A DNA stretch of 64,000 bases from Callorhinchus milii (GCF_018977255.1 NW_024704742.1:54686001-54750000); one strand, 5' to 3'; counted from the first letter of the stretch, positions 40,301 through 53,535 are shown. Program-made: numbers and translations. Notes: generated from the letters alone by a model not told the origin.

Positions 40301-41751
40301 TCATTGTATAACTCATTGAAACTGCAAATCACAGACAGCAGAATGGATTATTTATGACCCTGAAACCTTGATTCTGTTAAGGAGTGAATAAGCTTTGTTG
40401 GTTATGGGTGGCATTATATTATCATATTGGGTTACAAGTGCTGCAAGAAATAGATAAATGACATTGAACGCAGATTGTGGTCAACCGACACTGAAGCTCA
40501 ATAGGACCAGAATGCCACTATGTCCATCATTCACTTTGTGGAGGAGTGAGGAATGTATCGAGACACAAAAAGTTAAGACCACCCAGATGCACAAAGATAG
40601 AAATAATCAAGTCTCTCAATTAATGCAAATATTTTCAGTATTATTATTAGAAAAATAATAAAATAATAATAATCCTGGCATTTGATATAGTGCCTATGAC
40701 ATTGAATTGCCTCAGAGTACTTCACCAGGGAGTTGATGTCAAATTTTGTGGCTATAATGCATCAGCTATTTTGCACACGGTATGAACCCACAAACAGCAA
40801 AGGAATGAATGATCAATGTATCTGAAGCTTTTTTGTTAAAACATCAGAATAGATTCCCTTCTCTTTTCGAGTAGTGTCATGGATCATTTAACATCTATCT
40901 GAAGATGTAACCAGGACCTTGGTTTATAATAATAGAGTAATAACAATAATCCTTGCATTTGATATAGCGCCTTATTATGTCTTTGAGATGCCTCAAAGCG
41001 CTTCACTGTATATACTGTAAAGTGAATTGACTGTATAATTTGTGGGTGAAACACATTTGAAAGCACCTTTCATGTCTGAAGGATGTCTCAAGACACTCCG
41101 AGGATATACTGTAAAGTGTACTGACTGTATTTTGTAGGTTTAACTTTTCATCCAAAGAATGGCATGTCTGCCAATGCAATACTTAGATCCCATCATAATT
41201 GTGCAGCTTTCAGAGTTAAAGTCACAAGAAGAGTCACTCAAATTAATACTTATTTTACAGTTAAAGTAGGTAAAATTGTTCCTTGCTGTGGGACAGAGAA
41301 CTGGTGTTTTATGTTGTTATTTCTGATTAATGTTCAATCTTCAAGCTTCAAACTGTTGAAATATTAAGAGCAATGTAAAAGCTTTTCTAAAAGTTTCATT
41401 AATTTCATAAATCCTGTAACTTTTTAAGGCTAATCTTCAAAAAATTGATTATAGGAATATAAATCATGAACTGATAGAGCTTTTTATCAAAGGAATGAAA
41501 ACCCATCTCCCAATTCAAAATTATTCAAGAGACATTTTGCTTTATCTGAAATTCCACTTGTTCATTACTGAGCATTAGACACAAAATCTCTTGCAAAATC
41601 ACAAAAATTCAATACAAGACATAATTTTTACATAGATTTTACTAATGGCAGATGGATATCAATGGATACCAATGGTCTTGTGCAGGCCTAAACATTGCTG
41701 TCTAACAAAACAGATACCTGGAGATGGATGGTAAATCATAGGTTAGTTTAA

Positions 41752-42422
41752 TAACAACAACAACAATATGCATTTATATAGCACCCTTCATACCAGACGG
41801 CATCTTGGAGTGCTTAACAATGGTGGAGCCCGATGATAAGATGGGGGAAGGTGATCGTAGGCACAGTTGAAGAGGAAGATCTTGAAGCGCAACCTGAAAA
41901 TGGTTGGAGAGCGGGCAAAGCGAATGGATTGAGGGAGAGAGTTCCACAGCTTCGGGTTATAGTGGCTGAAAGCATGGCTACTGATGGTGGGGTGGAGGGT
42001 CTGGGGTACAAGGAGGAGGCTGGAGCCAGTTGAGCGAAGGCAGAGGGCAGTAGTGTAAGGAGAAGGCAGGTTGGAGAGATAAGGGGATGCCAGGGTGTGA
42101 AGGGATTTAAGTGCAAGAGTGAGGATCTTGAAATCGATCCGCTCTGTAACAGATATCCAATGGAGTTTGACAAGGACTGGGGTAATGGAGGTACAGAGTT
42201 TAGTGCGAGTGAGATTGCCAGCGACGAAGTTTTGAATTGGTTGAATTTTGTGAATAGTGGATTTGGGGAGACCAGTGAGGAGTGGGGCTGAGAAGTCGAG
42301 GCGGGAGGTGATGAAGGCAAGGACGGTGATTTTGGCAGCTTTTGGTGTGAGATACGGTCGGAGGCGGGCAATGTGGTGGACCTATATCTGGTCCTGGCCA
42401 TGGACCAGATGTGGGCAAATTA
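41752..42422 (-). mobile_element. L2 LINE 3' part
   Basis: Same collinear 3' ORF2 segment as other L2 copies; (AAC)n tail at 41752-41766. Confidence 0.88.
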
Positions 42423-43103
42423 TAGCTCACTATTGCCATTTCAGGTCATTAATATGGTCTCCTCTGCTTGCTATTAACTTTGAAAAATAGTGGGGTTTAT
42501 GGTAATTTTGCTTTTATTGTATAGGGAAATAAAGTATGACTTTGTGGAGTTTAATGTGTGGGATTTGGAAAAGGATCGATGAATAGCAAATCCCGGGTCT
42601 GTTCCCACCAACCCTCTGGACTCCAATTGGACAAGGACTTTATGTAACTCAAAACTAAGATTGTCATCTGAGCGATGTTCCAAAGGCTCAGTCTTAACAC
42701 ATCCAATAATCACTATCTACAAATGCCTTTGTAAATCTATCAAATCTATCCTCATTACCAATGGTCAAGTGGTCTATTTACTGTTATTGAACTTTAATCT
42801 CCTACCTGGTGGCCTAAATTACTGTTGTGATGATACATTAATGAAAGAGCAGCAATTAGCACAATCGTACTTTAAATTAATTATGGGCAATTACCTCATG
42901 TTTACCACCCTGAAAGCATTAACAATGCTTGTTTCTTCTGTTCGCAAACGTAGACCTGCTGCACATTCCTCACCTCTTCTGCACCATCATCATTAATGAC
43001 CAAGCCATCAGCTACTATGACCCTAACCTCCACACCGCCCTCTCACACCTTTTCTATTGGACTTTAAATTTGTCTCTACAAATTTGACCGAGTTAGACAG
43101 TAG

Positions 43104-43703
43104 TAATAATAATAAAAATACTCCTTGTATTTGATATAGCGTTTTTCGCATCTTCTAGACGTCTCAAAGAGCTTCACAGAACAGAAATGAATTGACTGTA
43201 TATTTGTGGGCGAAATGCGGCAGCCAATTGCACACAGCAGTGTCTCACAAGCAGTCGTGGATTGAAATGACCAATTTATTACTGTTTTTTTGAGGGATTA
43301 TTATCAGGTGTGTGGAATAATGAAACTTGCCCAAGGTTTCACCCTACCACGAGTCCTGTAGCTCAGTGGTTAGAGCACTCGCTTTGCAAGTGAGAGACCT
43401 GATTTCAATTCCAGGCAGGGCGAAACCTTGGGCAAGTTTCCTTACTCCACACGCCTAATAATAATCCCTCCAAAAACCCAAAACAATAATAAATTGGTCA
43501 TTTTCAATCTACGACTGTTTGTGGGACATTGCTGTGCGCAATTGGCTGCCGCGTTCGCCCACAAATATACAGTCAATTCACTTTACAGTATATTCTGTGA
43601 AGCGCTTTGGGACGTCCTCCCGACGTGAAAAGCGCTATATCAAATGCAAGGATTATTATTATTATTACCAGGAATTGAGGCTCTAACCACTGAACTGCAG
43701 GGG
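43104..43703 (-). mobile_element. Family A SINE (short variant) interrupted by a second copy
   Basis: Tail and body at 43104-43349; head remnant at 43666-43703. Confidence 0.85.
43350..43665 (+). mobile_element. Family A SINE (short variant), full length, nested insertion
   Basis: tRNA-Ala-like head 43353-43422; flanked by direct repeat TACCA (43345-43349, 43666-43670); (ATT)n tail. Confidence 0.92.
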
Positions 43704-44700
43704 CTGATTTGAACCTACTCTGATGCCTTGCTTCAGTTTTTCATTTTGCATAATTCATCTTATTTGCGTAAAATCATGAAATTATGATATTGTAAAACCA
43801 TTCTTCAAAATTTATGAGCAAATTGTTCCAGACTCTGATTAAAAAAAGGCTTCGGTATATATGCATTTCCATGTATGCTTTGAAAATTAAGGTCTTAATG
43901 CCATCTTTTAATAAGATGGCTAGACTTGTTACTACATGTATTGCTAAGATTTCAAACAATGGGGTGAAATTTGTGATGTTCATCTGTACCTCGGTTGTAT
44001 TTTTGTATTTCTTGTGAAGCAGCATATTGTTTAGATATATAAATAGGTGAGGATTAAGGCACAGAAATCCACCACTGGATGAAGTGACAGTCAGTAAACA
44101 ACCCTATGATAAATTACTATTTCAAACTAAGCTAAACTTTTGTTATGAGATGATGTGCTTGACCACTGAGGGTTAAAACGTACATTCAGCTGAGTTTAAA
44201 AGAGCCACCTGCACAGAAAGGAGGAGCAAGCCCATACAGAACACCAGCTGAGGTGATGTGACATTAAAACCATCAATGGTTTCTTTTGAACATGTTTCTA
44301 TCAATAAGGTTTTCCATCCCATCTTTCATTCGTGTACCTGCACAATAACTTAATGAAATAGGTGCATCAAATGTTATCATGTGGGCGAAATTGTATTTGT
44401 GGAATGAATACAAATAAAAACTTTTTTCCAATGTTCCGATCCTAAATCTAAAAACTGAAAATCACTGTACCTAATCCGCAGTGTTCCAGCTATTAAACCA
44501 ACGACACATGTCAAGATTTAGATCCGGCTCATAGTACTGCTGTGGTTAAATCATGCTCACTGAGAACTTTAGAAATAATATTTACTGCCTTTGCTTGCTT
44601 ATTTGTGAAACTATCTATTATACATTTCTATGCTTCATTACACTTTAAATACAGTGAAACTGAAACTGCTTGATGAGAATCCTCCTTGAATAACTCATTC

Positions 44701-44993
44701 GTTGGGCAAGTTTCCTTACTCCACACGCCTTTGTTTACTTAGCAGTAAGTAGCCACCCGGTTGTTAGTTAATTGGCAAATCGCGTTTCGGGTGGTAATAA
44801 TTCCTTCAAAATAAATACAAATAATTTGGTCACTTAATCCACAACTGTTTGTGGGACACTGCTGTGCACAATTGGCTGCTGCATTTCACCCACAAAAATA
44901 TACAATCAATTCACTTTACAGTATATTCTGTGAAGCGCTTTGAGGCATCTCGAAGATGTGATATATCAAATGCAAGAATCATAGGATTATTAT
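44701..44993 (+). mobile_element. Family A SINE, 5'-truncated
   Basis: Starts at gttgggcaagtttcc and is collinear with full-length copies. Confidence 0.88.
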
Positions 44994-45526
44994 TCTAATA
45001 GTGACCAGTTAGTACAGTATATGGTTTATTGTTTGTCAGTTTGGGATGATTGTGGATCATGACCAGCAATAGCAAACCAGCTCATTACTCTCTATTTTCT
45101 GTTTCCCTTTATAACTGCAAAGTTCTCAATTGGTTCTCAATTGGTTTAGAAAAAAAAACAAAAAAGAGTGACTGGTTACATGTTCTCAGCATTTAAAGAA
45201 AAGTAATCATCAATGACAAGGTAGGTTAATTTACACCTCAAACCCAAGCATTCTTTAATTTAACTAGAATCCTGTTCCAAAACAATCTGGGAGAATGTAT
45301 TTAAACATGAAGCTGGTTGGTTGAAACTGACTTGAAAACATATTTTCATCAATTGTATTGTATTTAACGTTGCCTGAAATTACTGTAAATTATTTGACTG
45401 ATTTTGTCTCATATTAAGGTGTGCTCTCAGGAGAATGCTATGGTTGGAAGCATTTCGCCTAATTAAGGTACTACCAACCAAACCAAGTTGTAATACAATT
45501 AAATCTATGTCTGTTCAGTTAAATTT

Positions 45527-46075
45527 GTCAGTTTGGTTGAGACGGTTGTTTCTGAGTTAGTGGTTATGGGTTCAAGTCCCACTCAGGGACTTGGAACTCA
45601 TATAGTCTAGGCTGATACTCAAATAAAGTGCTTAGATGTGCTACAGTGTTGAAGGTGTTGGTCATTCAGATGAGCCATTAAGCTGAGATACCTTCTGCCT
45701 GACAGATGGATGTTAAAGCTCCCATAGCAGTATTCAAAAAGAGAGGGGAGTAGGACAGATATACCAGGAGGTTTTTCTTTTCCCAAAGGGTATTTAATGA
45801 CTGGACAAGGTTACCAGGCCAGGACCTGCACTCATTTAGCTTGAACTAATCTTCTGATCTTGTGATCTCCCGCTGTCCTAGATAACAATCCCTCAAATAA
45901 AATTGGTCATTCGCTCTGTGGCAGTTTGTTGGACATTGCTATACACAAATTGGCTACCATGTTCACCTACAAGTTACAGTCATTACACTTCACAGGAAAT
46001 ACTGTGAAACGTTTTGAGATGTCCTCCCCTCATGAAAGGTGCAACATCAATTGCAAGAATTATTATTTATTGTTA
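45527..46075 (+). mobile_element. Near full-length Deu-domain SINE (SacSINE1-like, family B) interrupted by a ~120-bp CR1-like fragment (~45750-45870)
   Basis: tRNA head with B box (gggttcaagtccc), aggctgatact...cagatgagccattaagctgag...gatgttaaagctcccatagca core, shared 3' body and tail. Confidence 0.8.
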
Positions 46076-46479
46076 TAACAGAACAAAATAACTATAGGAA
46101 AGATGATGTCCTTTCCAAACAATTATGAATTTGTTCTCATATGAAAGGTTTATTTGTTTTTTTGACCAGTAATACAAAAAACACTTCAGTGTAGTTCATT
46201 TTTCATTGTTTTTGAAGGACACAGGAGGTATGAGTGACTGCCAAATACAATCATTGTGCAATTCAAATCATTGACCATGGGACATTTGTACATCAACAGA
46301 GGGTTAAGACATTGACAATATGTTTTTGTTCATTAGATGACATAACAACCAAATGCAGCTGAAGACAACGTTAGCAGGTATATGTAATCCTTAGTGCACT
46401 GTCAATGCTTTTTTCATCAGGATGACACTGACTGAACGGATTCCAAATTCCTAAAGTTGACCATCTGTCACAAGATCAA

Positions 46480-46850
46480 GACTGAAGAGCCCTTGGCTTG
46501 TCTACTCAGTTCATTCCTGAAACATTGTGATTATCCTTATTGCTCTCCTCTGTACTGCCTTTTGAGCTTTGGGAGACACTTATGTCATAGTGCCCAGAAT
46601 TGCAGCAGTATTCCAGGTGTGGCTTGATTGAGTAGCTTGATATCTGGGGATCTAAACCCAACTGGTTTGGCATTATATCCCAGCATCCTATTTGCCGTGT
46701 TTATTGCTGCCTCGCACTATTTTGATATGGTGAGCAATGAGTCAATTAATAGCCTGGATCCCTTTCAGCTTCCCTCCCACTTGGCAAGTTCTACCGCATC
46801 CATGAAGAACATTTGATTCCTATTCTTACTTATAAACGGTACCTTGAGCC
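46480..46850 (-). mobile_element. Degraded CR1 ORF2 fragment
   Basis: Reverse complement resembles the L-E-Y-C-x-Q-F-W region; paralogous to 53950-54400. Confidence 0.65.
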
Positions 46851-47085
46851 TCACTTGACGAAACAAATGGATGCTTATTTTTGTGGATCAAACTATCTAA
46901 ATGGATGATGAGATCTACAGAGAAGCTCCTGGGTAAGGTAAGTAAGATTTGGACTCTCATTCCAAGGGGCTGGTGTGAAAAAACAGAAAAAGTCACATTG
47001 GGACATACTAGAGCAAATTGCTGTGGAAAGCGCAGAGAGAGTTTATCTCTGTACTTTACTGTGCAAGTGCTTCATGTTTACGCCA

Positions 47086-47237
47086 GGTGCCATAAATTCC
47101 ACCTAGACAGCCGAGAAGACCATTTTGTCTTAAAATTAAGATTGTACAGAATTGTGCAAAGTTCTTAAATTTAGTCTCAATTTGAAATTTTGAGACAAAT
47201 TAGTTTTATGGGCTAAGATTAGTTGAAATTTCAGTCC
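47086..47237. mobile_element. Palindromic MITE, family M copy 2
   Basis: aaattccacctag...ccattttgtcttaaa...cagaattgtg left end; ttgaaatttcagtcc right end. Confidence 0.6.
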
Positions 47238-47825
47238 TCAGCCACCTGAAAAAGGGAAACAGTTCACTTCCTGAGATTAATTCACTTCTCCTTAATGAGC
47301 GCAAAATTCACCCAAAAAACAACAAAAGCTACCTTGCCTAACTCTCTGGAACTCGTTCCCGAAAACCTTCCACCTTGCACTTCCCTTCTCCACTGTCAAA
47401 GCACTTCTAAAAACCTATTTCTTTGACTTTGCCTTTGGCCATTTCTCTCATACACCCCCAAAAGATGGATTGTGATGATAATCCCGGAGTAGAGGAATAA
47501 CTTCTAGAAGAGTCTGCTTCTATCCCTCCATTTCGCCCTGTTTTATCTTTATATCCCTCTTTAAAACTTACTTCTTCGACCGCTTCTATGGTCACCACCT
47601 CCTCCCCTTTGTCCCTTGCTCAGCATCCAAATCTGCCACTGTGAAGCATTCCTCGACATTATCCTAAGTGAAGTGAGCTATATAAATGCATAAATATTGT
47701 TGTTGTAGAGCAAAGCATTTAGAAAAGATTTTAGTCACTGTTGCAGGTGTCCTTGGTGTTAATGCTACATTAATTAAAAAATAGATAATGTGTTTTTATT
47801 TTTCAAAGCTGTAACCAGTACTGTA

Positions 47826-48193
47826 GAGTCCTGTAGCTTAGTGGTTAGAGCGCTCGCCTCGCACACGAGAGGGCCTGGGTTTGATTTCCAGCAGGGCAAA
47901 ACATCGGGCAAGTTTCCTAACTCCACACGTCTCTGTTTACCGAGCAGTAAATAGAAACCCAGTTGTTAGTTGATTGGCAGATGGCTTTTCCAGGGGTAAT
48001 TATCCCTTCCAAAAAATAAATAAATCATAATAACATATCTATGACTGTTTGTATGACACTGCTGTGCACAATTGGCTGCTGCGTTTCACCCACAAAATAT
48101 ACAGTCAATTCACTTTACAGTATATTCTGTGAAGCACTTTGAGAGACTCGAAGACGCAATAACGTGCTGTATCAAATGTAAGGATTATTATTA
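47826..48193 (+). mobile_element. Family A SINE, full length
   Basis: gagtcctgtagcttagtggttagagcg head, central domain, 3' body and (ATT)n tail. Confidence 0.92.
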
Positions 48194-49752
48194 TATATTA
48201 TTAAAACTATTTTCTGTCTTATCTCAAGATAAATGAAATAGAATTGAAATGAGAATGATATTCTACAACCTACTACAACAATTATAATTTCAATGGTAGA
48301 AATCATACTTCTGAAGTCATATCAGAGTAATTCTACGCAGAATATACGTTTGCATACTGCCTTTCAAAGTTTAAACATAAAGAAACTAAGAAGGGGCAAC
48401 CAAGGAACTGATGTTTTCCTTTGTAACATTTACAATAATGAAAAACTTTGTAGCATACACTTCCTCTTTAAACAATACTTCCTCTTCATCTAAGGAAGGG
48501 AGGAGCTGAGCTAATTTCCCAGACCACCCAATCTTTCCCAAACAGAGGATCATGTGAAGGTTCCTTTTACTACATAAGAGTGTGAAACTGCTATTAGAAG
48601 CATGGCCTTGGATAAATCAACAGAGCTGGATGGATTGTCTTAATAGTTTAATGTCATGACAATGTTACTTAATAACTTTCAATAACACATAGCCCTCTGG
48701 CGTCGTCCCGTGACCATGACCTGAGCTCGTTTCTCTCCACTCCCACTTAAAGAAAAAGAATCGCTTGCACGTTCCACCTACAGTCCAATATAATGAATTA
48801 ATACAGATTGTAAAATCCAAGACAAACTTCAAGCCAAGCTCCTAGAGACTGTGCTTCACACCTATAACTCTTCTTTATCAGTAAGGTTTATGAAGTGTAT
48901 CAGACAACTTGAGAGATATTCTCAGCACCCTTGTATGTTGCAAATAGAATTTCGTGATAGACACAGCTTTCTGTCTTTAAGATAAGGTATTCGATAAAAA
49001 GAGGGAGTTATTTTTCTATGTCTCCATGGAAAATATGAATTTTGTTTTGCTTTATGTTGCTAAGCATATGTACTCCACAATAGGTTGCAAGTGCACTTTA
49101 CATTGTTCTCTGTCAGTGCCATCAGGCTGAATGGAGGAATTAGTCAAGGCTGTTTCACCTTCCAAACCGAAGATTAACTTGCATTTCATTTCAGATAACT
49201 ATAATTAACAACTATTGGAGTAAAATTCTACCTGAATCTATATTTACTCGATTAACATACTTTTTCAGAGCAGTCAGAATTTGGCAAGTTGAAGAATTAA
49301 GTTTTACCTCTGTACTTCTTAAAACTACTTGCAGCATTCCAGCTCCAAATTTAAGGCTGTATTTAAGATTTCACCAAGTTATGGATGCTCTGCATTGTTA
49401 TGTTAATAGAATAAATCTAGACTCAGATGGGAATTACTCTCTTGCATTCAATATTTTTTAAAAAAATAGGAGCACTATCTCCCCGGAGCAAATACTTCTC
49501 TGGAAGTGGAAATAATGTCTGGGCCCTGACAGTTTTATACTTATTCTTGAGTTCCTTGCCGTTCTAAATTCAAAAGATGTCTGTGTGCTGTACCTGAGGG
49601 AAATATATATGAGTCATTTAATTTAAAGTATTAGCATAAGCAGGTATCTAGAATGCCTGATTTAAAAAAACAGTTGTTTGTATCTGTAATCTGAAACCAG
49701 CATTGAAGTTTTAGGACTGAATGAGAAAAATCAGAAGGAAACAAAACTCCAC

Positions 49753-49981
49753 AGGTCTGAAATTCCACCTAGCCTTATCCTCTAAAACCATTTATCTTAA
49801 ACTTTAAGATCATGAAGAATTACAGAAAGCTCCTCAATTCTAGTTAAAAGGTATTTTTCTGCAGTTCTTAAAAGTATCCAGCTTCCAAATTTAGAACTAA
49901 ATTTAAGGATTTTCCACAATTCTGCACAATCTCTAAGTTTAAGATAAAATGACCTCAAAAGCTAAAATTTGGTGAAATTTT
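49753..49981. mobile_element. Palindromic MITE, family M copy 3 (a more decayed relative may lie at ~49217-49376)
   Basis: ~60-bp imperfect terminal inverted repeats including tttatcttaaactt / aagtttaagataaa. Confidence 0.65.
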
Positions 49982-50599
49982 TTGGTGACTTGTGTTAAAT
50001 CCATTTGGGTAATAATGAAAAGTAATAATAATCTTTGCATGTGATTATAGCGAAGTTCACTGTGGGAGGATGCCACGAAACACTTGATAGGATTCCCCCA
50101 GATAAAACTGACCATTCAATTTATGTCAACTTGTAGGACATTGCTTTGCAAAAATTAACTGCTTAATCCATCTTTAAGTACACAGTCACTAGACTTTACG
50201 GCAAATCCTGTGAAGAGCTTTGCAACATTTTGATGATGTGATAAAGTGCTACGCCAAATGCAAGGATTATTTTAAAGATATTTTTGATTTTGATGAGTGA
50301 ACTACGCAATGTTCACATTATTCATATTTTATCTTTTTAGTTGTACATGCTGGTTTTACGATTACATACAAACATCATGTAAAATATATATTCTTGACAT
50401 AAAATCTAAATAAATAATGATAAATCAGGGTAGGTTTTTAGTGTTGCAGTGTCCTTGTCACAAAGGATGTAAAATGCCACAATGTGGGGTCTTTTTGTGC
50501 CCTGTGATTGTGGGTGATAATTCTCGTGACATCTGGGGTTTTGGGGAAGCAACATGCTTGTTAATGCCAAACAAACAGCTAATCACATGATACAAAATA

Positions 50600-50950
50600 A
50601 TTATTTAAACCTTTAAGTGTTTTAAATCCCTTTCACTCCTGGCAACTCCCTACCTCTCCGACCTCCTCACTCCCCAATCCACCACACAGCACCTCTACTC
50701 GACTGGCACTGGCCTCCTGCTCATCCCTCGCACCCTCCGCCTCACCATTAGAAGTTGTGCTTTCAGCCATTATGCCCCAAAACTCTGGAATGGTCTCCCC
50801 CAATCCCTCCACCTTGCCCCCTCTCTCTCCTCGTTTCTCTCCTGAAAACCTTCCTCTTCGATCGTGCTTATGGCCACACACACCACCACTGTTAAGTGCT
50901 CTGAGTCGCCACCCTACGTGGAAGGCGCTATATAAGTGAAAGTTATTGTT
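50600..50950 (+). mobile_element. L2 3' end
   Basis: tttaaatccctt...cctacctctccgacctcct...aaactctggaa..., ending in aggcgctatataagtgaaagttattgtt. Confidence 0.82.
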
Positions 50951-53124
50951 AAAGGATTAATGCAATTCTAGGTGTGGAAAACTGGGAGGAGAGATTCTTC
51001 CCACTCGGCTCCTGTTAAGCCTGCAAGTCAAAGCCTTAATGGGTTGGGTGGTCTTATCTAGACAAGCCACGCTTTTAGCTGATAAAAATCCCAGCAGAAT
51101 CAAACAAGCCTTGATTCTTACCAACTTGCACTGAATACTCTCCAGCATTAGGTGCATTAGGTATGCAGAGCATGTTTCTCTTGGGAGAAGAGAGCTCATA
51201 CCATTTCAGACAAAGGGAAATTTCCATGTGAAGGTGATATACATATGTGGAATTCTCAGTGTGGGTTGAGTACTCCTATGGATGGTGATGAATTTTCATA
51301 CGTATCAGAAACCCGGTTAATATAATGTTGTAAAAAGCAAGCAAGCCTCCCCCTCGTGTAAAGGAAGAGACACGCCCAGCAAAGGAGTTGCACCTAAAAG
51401 CAATTTCTGCAGGTATTCAGCTGGCCTGTGGCATCTTTGCAGATCCCAGAATTTCAGTATCATTTCAGGAAATGCCGACTTAACTTTACTTTGAAAGTTG
51501 AATTAAGCTACGTTGAGCCAGTAGTCCCCAAATCTAAACTCAAATACTGGGATCTATGCGGCAGCAGGATCAAAAGCCATACACTCAAGGTGTAGTGTTC
51601 CTTTAAAGACTTACTCCAAACTGAGCTCTTGCTCAGTAATTGTTAGTGCAGCACTTTCCTGGAGTCATCTTTTCAAGGCAGGGGTCCCTTTCTTTTCCCT
51701 GGGTCAACAGGAGAAAATCAATCAGAAAGTGAAGGATGCAATTTCTAAAATGCACCGTAAGCCAATGAACCACTTTTGTTAATAGAATTGTTGAAGTACA
51801 CCTTATTGTTGCATTTTGTTGCATTACCGAGTATCTTGATCAAGATCCTTTGTGGTGAGGCAATACACTAAACTGGCAAAAGGCTTGCCTGATACTAGGG
51901 AAGTTAGGATTCCCAGACTCAAGCCAGATTCACGGTTCAGATAAGACTTGCTGGGAACTGCGTTTTGTACTTAAGCTATTGTTAGTCTTCACTCTGTCCA
52001 AGTACTCATATAACAATGAGGCATAACCCTGACCCTAGATTAATACGACTCATTGACCAAATAGATAAGTGATTAGAAATTTAAGTATAGCTTCAGAGAA
52101 ACAATGGAAAACACAATCCAAAAAAGACTTTATGATATTCCGGCTACTGCTTATCTGAGGTTGCACGTAATTTCTGGATATCATTTCGCTTGCTGTAAGT
52201 GGGCGAATAGAGCGGTGATTTTTCTTTCACGTCCAACTTTTGAACTAAAGTGGTTAAATAACTATTTACTCTGCAGATCAAATTCTGAAGGGGGAATATT
52301 TTTGGAGCACAAATTCCCTTCGTAAAGCAAACTAATAAACGAAAGTGAGAAAGTGTAAAACAAATGTTAGCACAATATTTCAAAGCACACAAACATCCAT
52401 CAGATTGTCATAAATGAACTAACAATCTCAAGAGCTCCGCAAAACATAAAAAACTGAACAGAATATTGAAAATACTAATGTCTAGAAGCAAAGCCACATG
52501 AAAGCCTCAAATAACAAGAGAGAGTAACTAAGTTAATTTCTAGAAGCTAATGTGTAGCAACAATAGCATTTCGTCACTCAAAGAACTGAGCTGCTGAGGA
52601 ACTTGGTAAGTCATATAATAATGTGTATCCCGGTTGCAACTATAAATGCATAATGCATTCCATTGCAAAGCTCATAAGGTTCATGATATAATTATACCAG
52701 GAATACACAGTACAAGTTCCTTAAATACATTAAAAACAAGAATGCATGAACAAAATAAACATTTAATTCACTTTAAAGTATATTCTGTGAAGCGCTTTGA
52801 GACCTCAATGACGTGATAAGGTGCTATATCAATTTCAAGGATATAATTATTATTATCTTTAATCACTTGTTGTGCTCCTAATGAATAAAACATGCTGTTT
52901 CGTACTTTGCAGGAATTTTACCCAATTCACTTCAGATGTTCACACATGAGTCAATTTTGTACATTTCAAAATCTAACCAAAAGAAAATTGCATTTCAACA
53001 AGGGAGAACATCACGAATACAGATGAGAATAATAATAATAATAATCCTTGCATTTGACTGTATATTTTGTAGGCAAAACGCAGCAGCCAATTGCGCACAA
53101 CAGATGCCGAACTCTCCCAAAATA

Positions 53125-53478
53125 ACAATAATCCTTGCATTTTATAGAGCCTAAAATGTCTTAAAACGCTTCACATATTTTCCGGAAAAGCATTGGTGAA
53201 TGTGGCAACCATATTTTGCTCAACAGTATCCCACAAATAGCTGAAAGGTTAATGACCATTTTTGTAAAACAAAATCTGTAAAATTGTTAGTCAAGAAAAC
53301 AGGAGAAACACCCTTCTCTTTTCAAATAGTTTCATGGGATCATTAGCATCTCATGCATTGAACAGACCCTGCAACAGGCAATCTTTTCTCAGCACTGTAT
53401 TCACGTGTCAGTCCAGATGTTGGGTTTGAACTGCAAATTTCTGCTTCTGAGACAAGAGTGCTACCAATTGAGCCTGAG
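53125..53478 (-). mobile_element. Deu-domain SINE (family B), degraded
   Basis: Reverse-strand tRNA head at ~53410-53478 and Deu-like core; head-to-head with the family A copy. Confidence 0.65.
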
Positions 53479-53535
53479 TGGCATCGCATCGAAAACTTCA
53501 AAAGCTCCCAATGACGCAGATGCAGGGTCAATACA

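Noticed and set aside
41814..42401. 195-aa Ser/Pro-rich ORF, the longest in the track
   Set aside because: Alternative-frame reading of an L2 3' fragment.
43353..43422. tRNA-Ala-like cloverleaf (also ~47828-47897, ~53536-53600, ~30505-30577)
   Set aside because: Runs straight into a SINE body and tail, with mutated T-loop or B box in some copies; these are SINE heads, not tRNA genes.
48688..48706. Reverse-strand CTCF-like ACGCCAGAGGGCTA
   Set aside because: Mismatches at both ends of the core; too weak without a PWM score.
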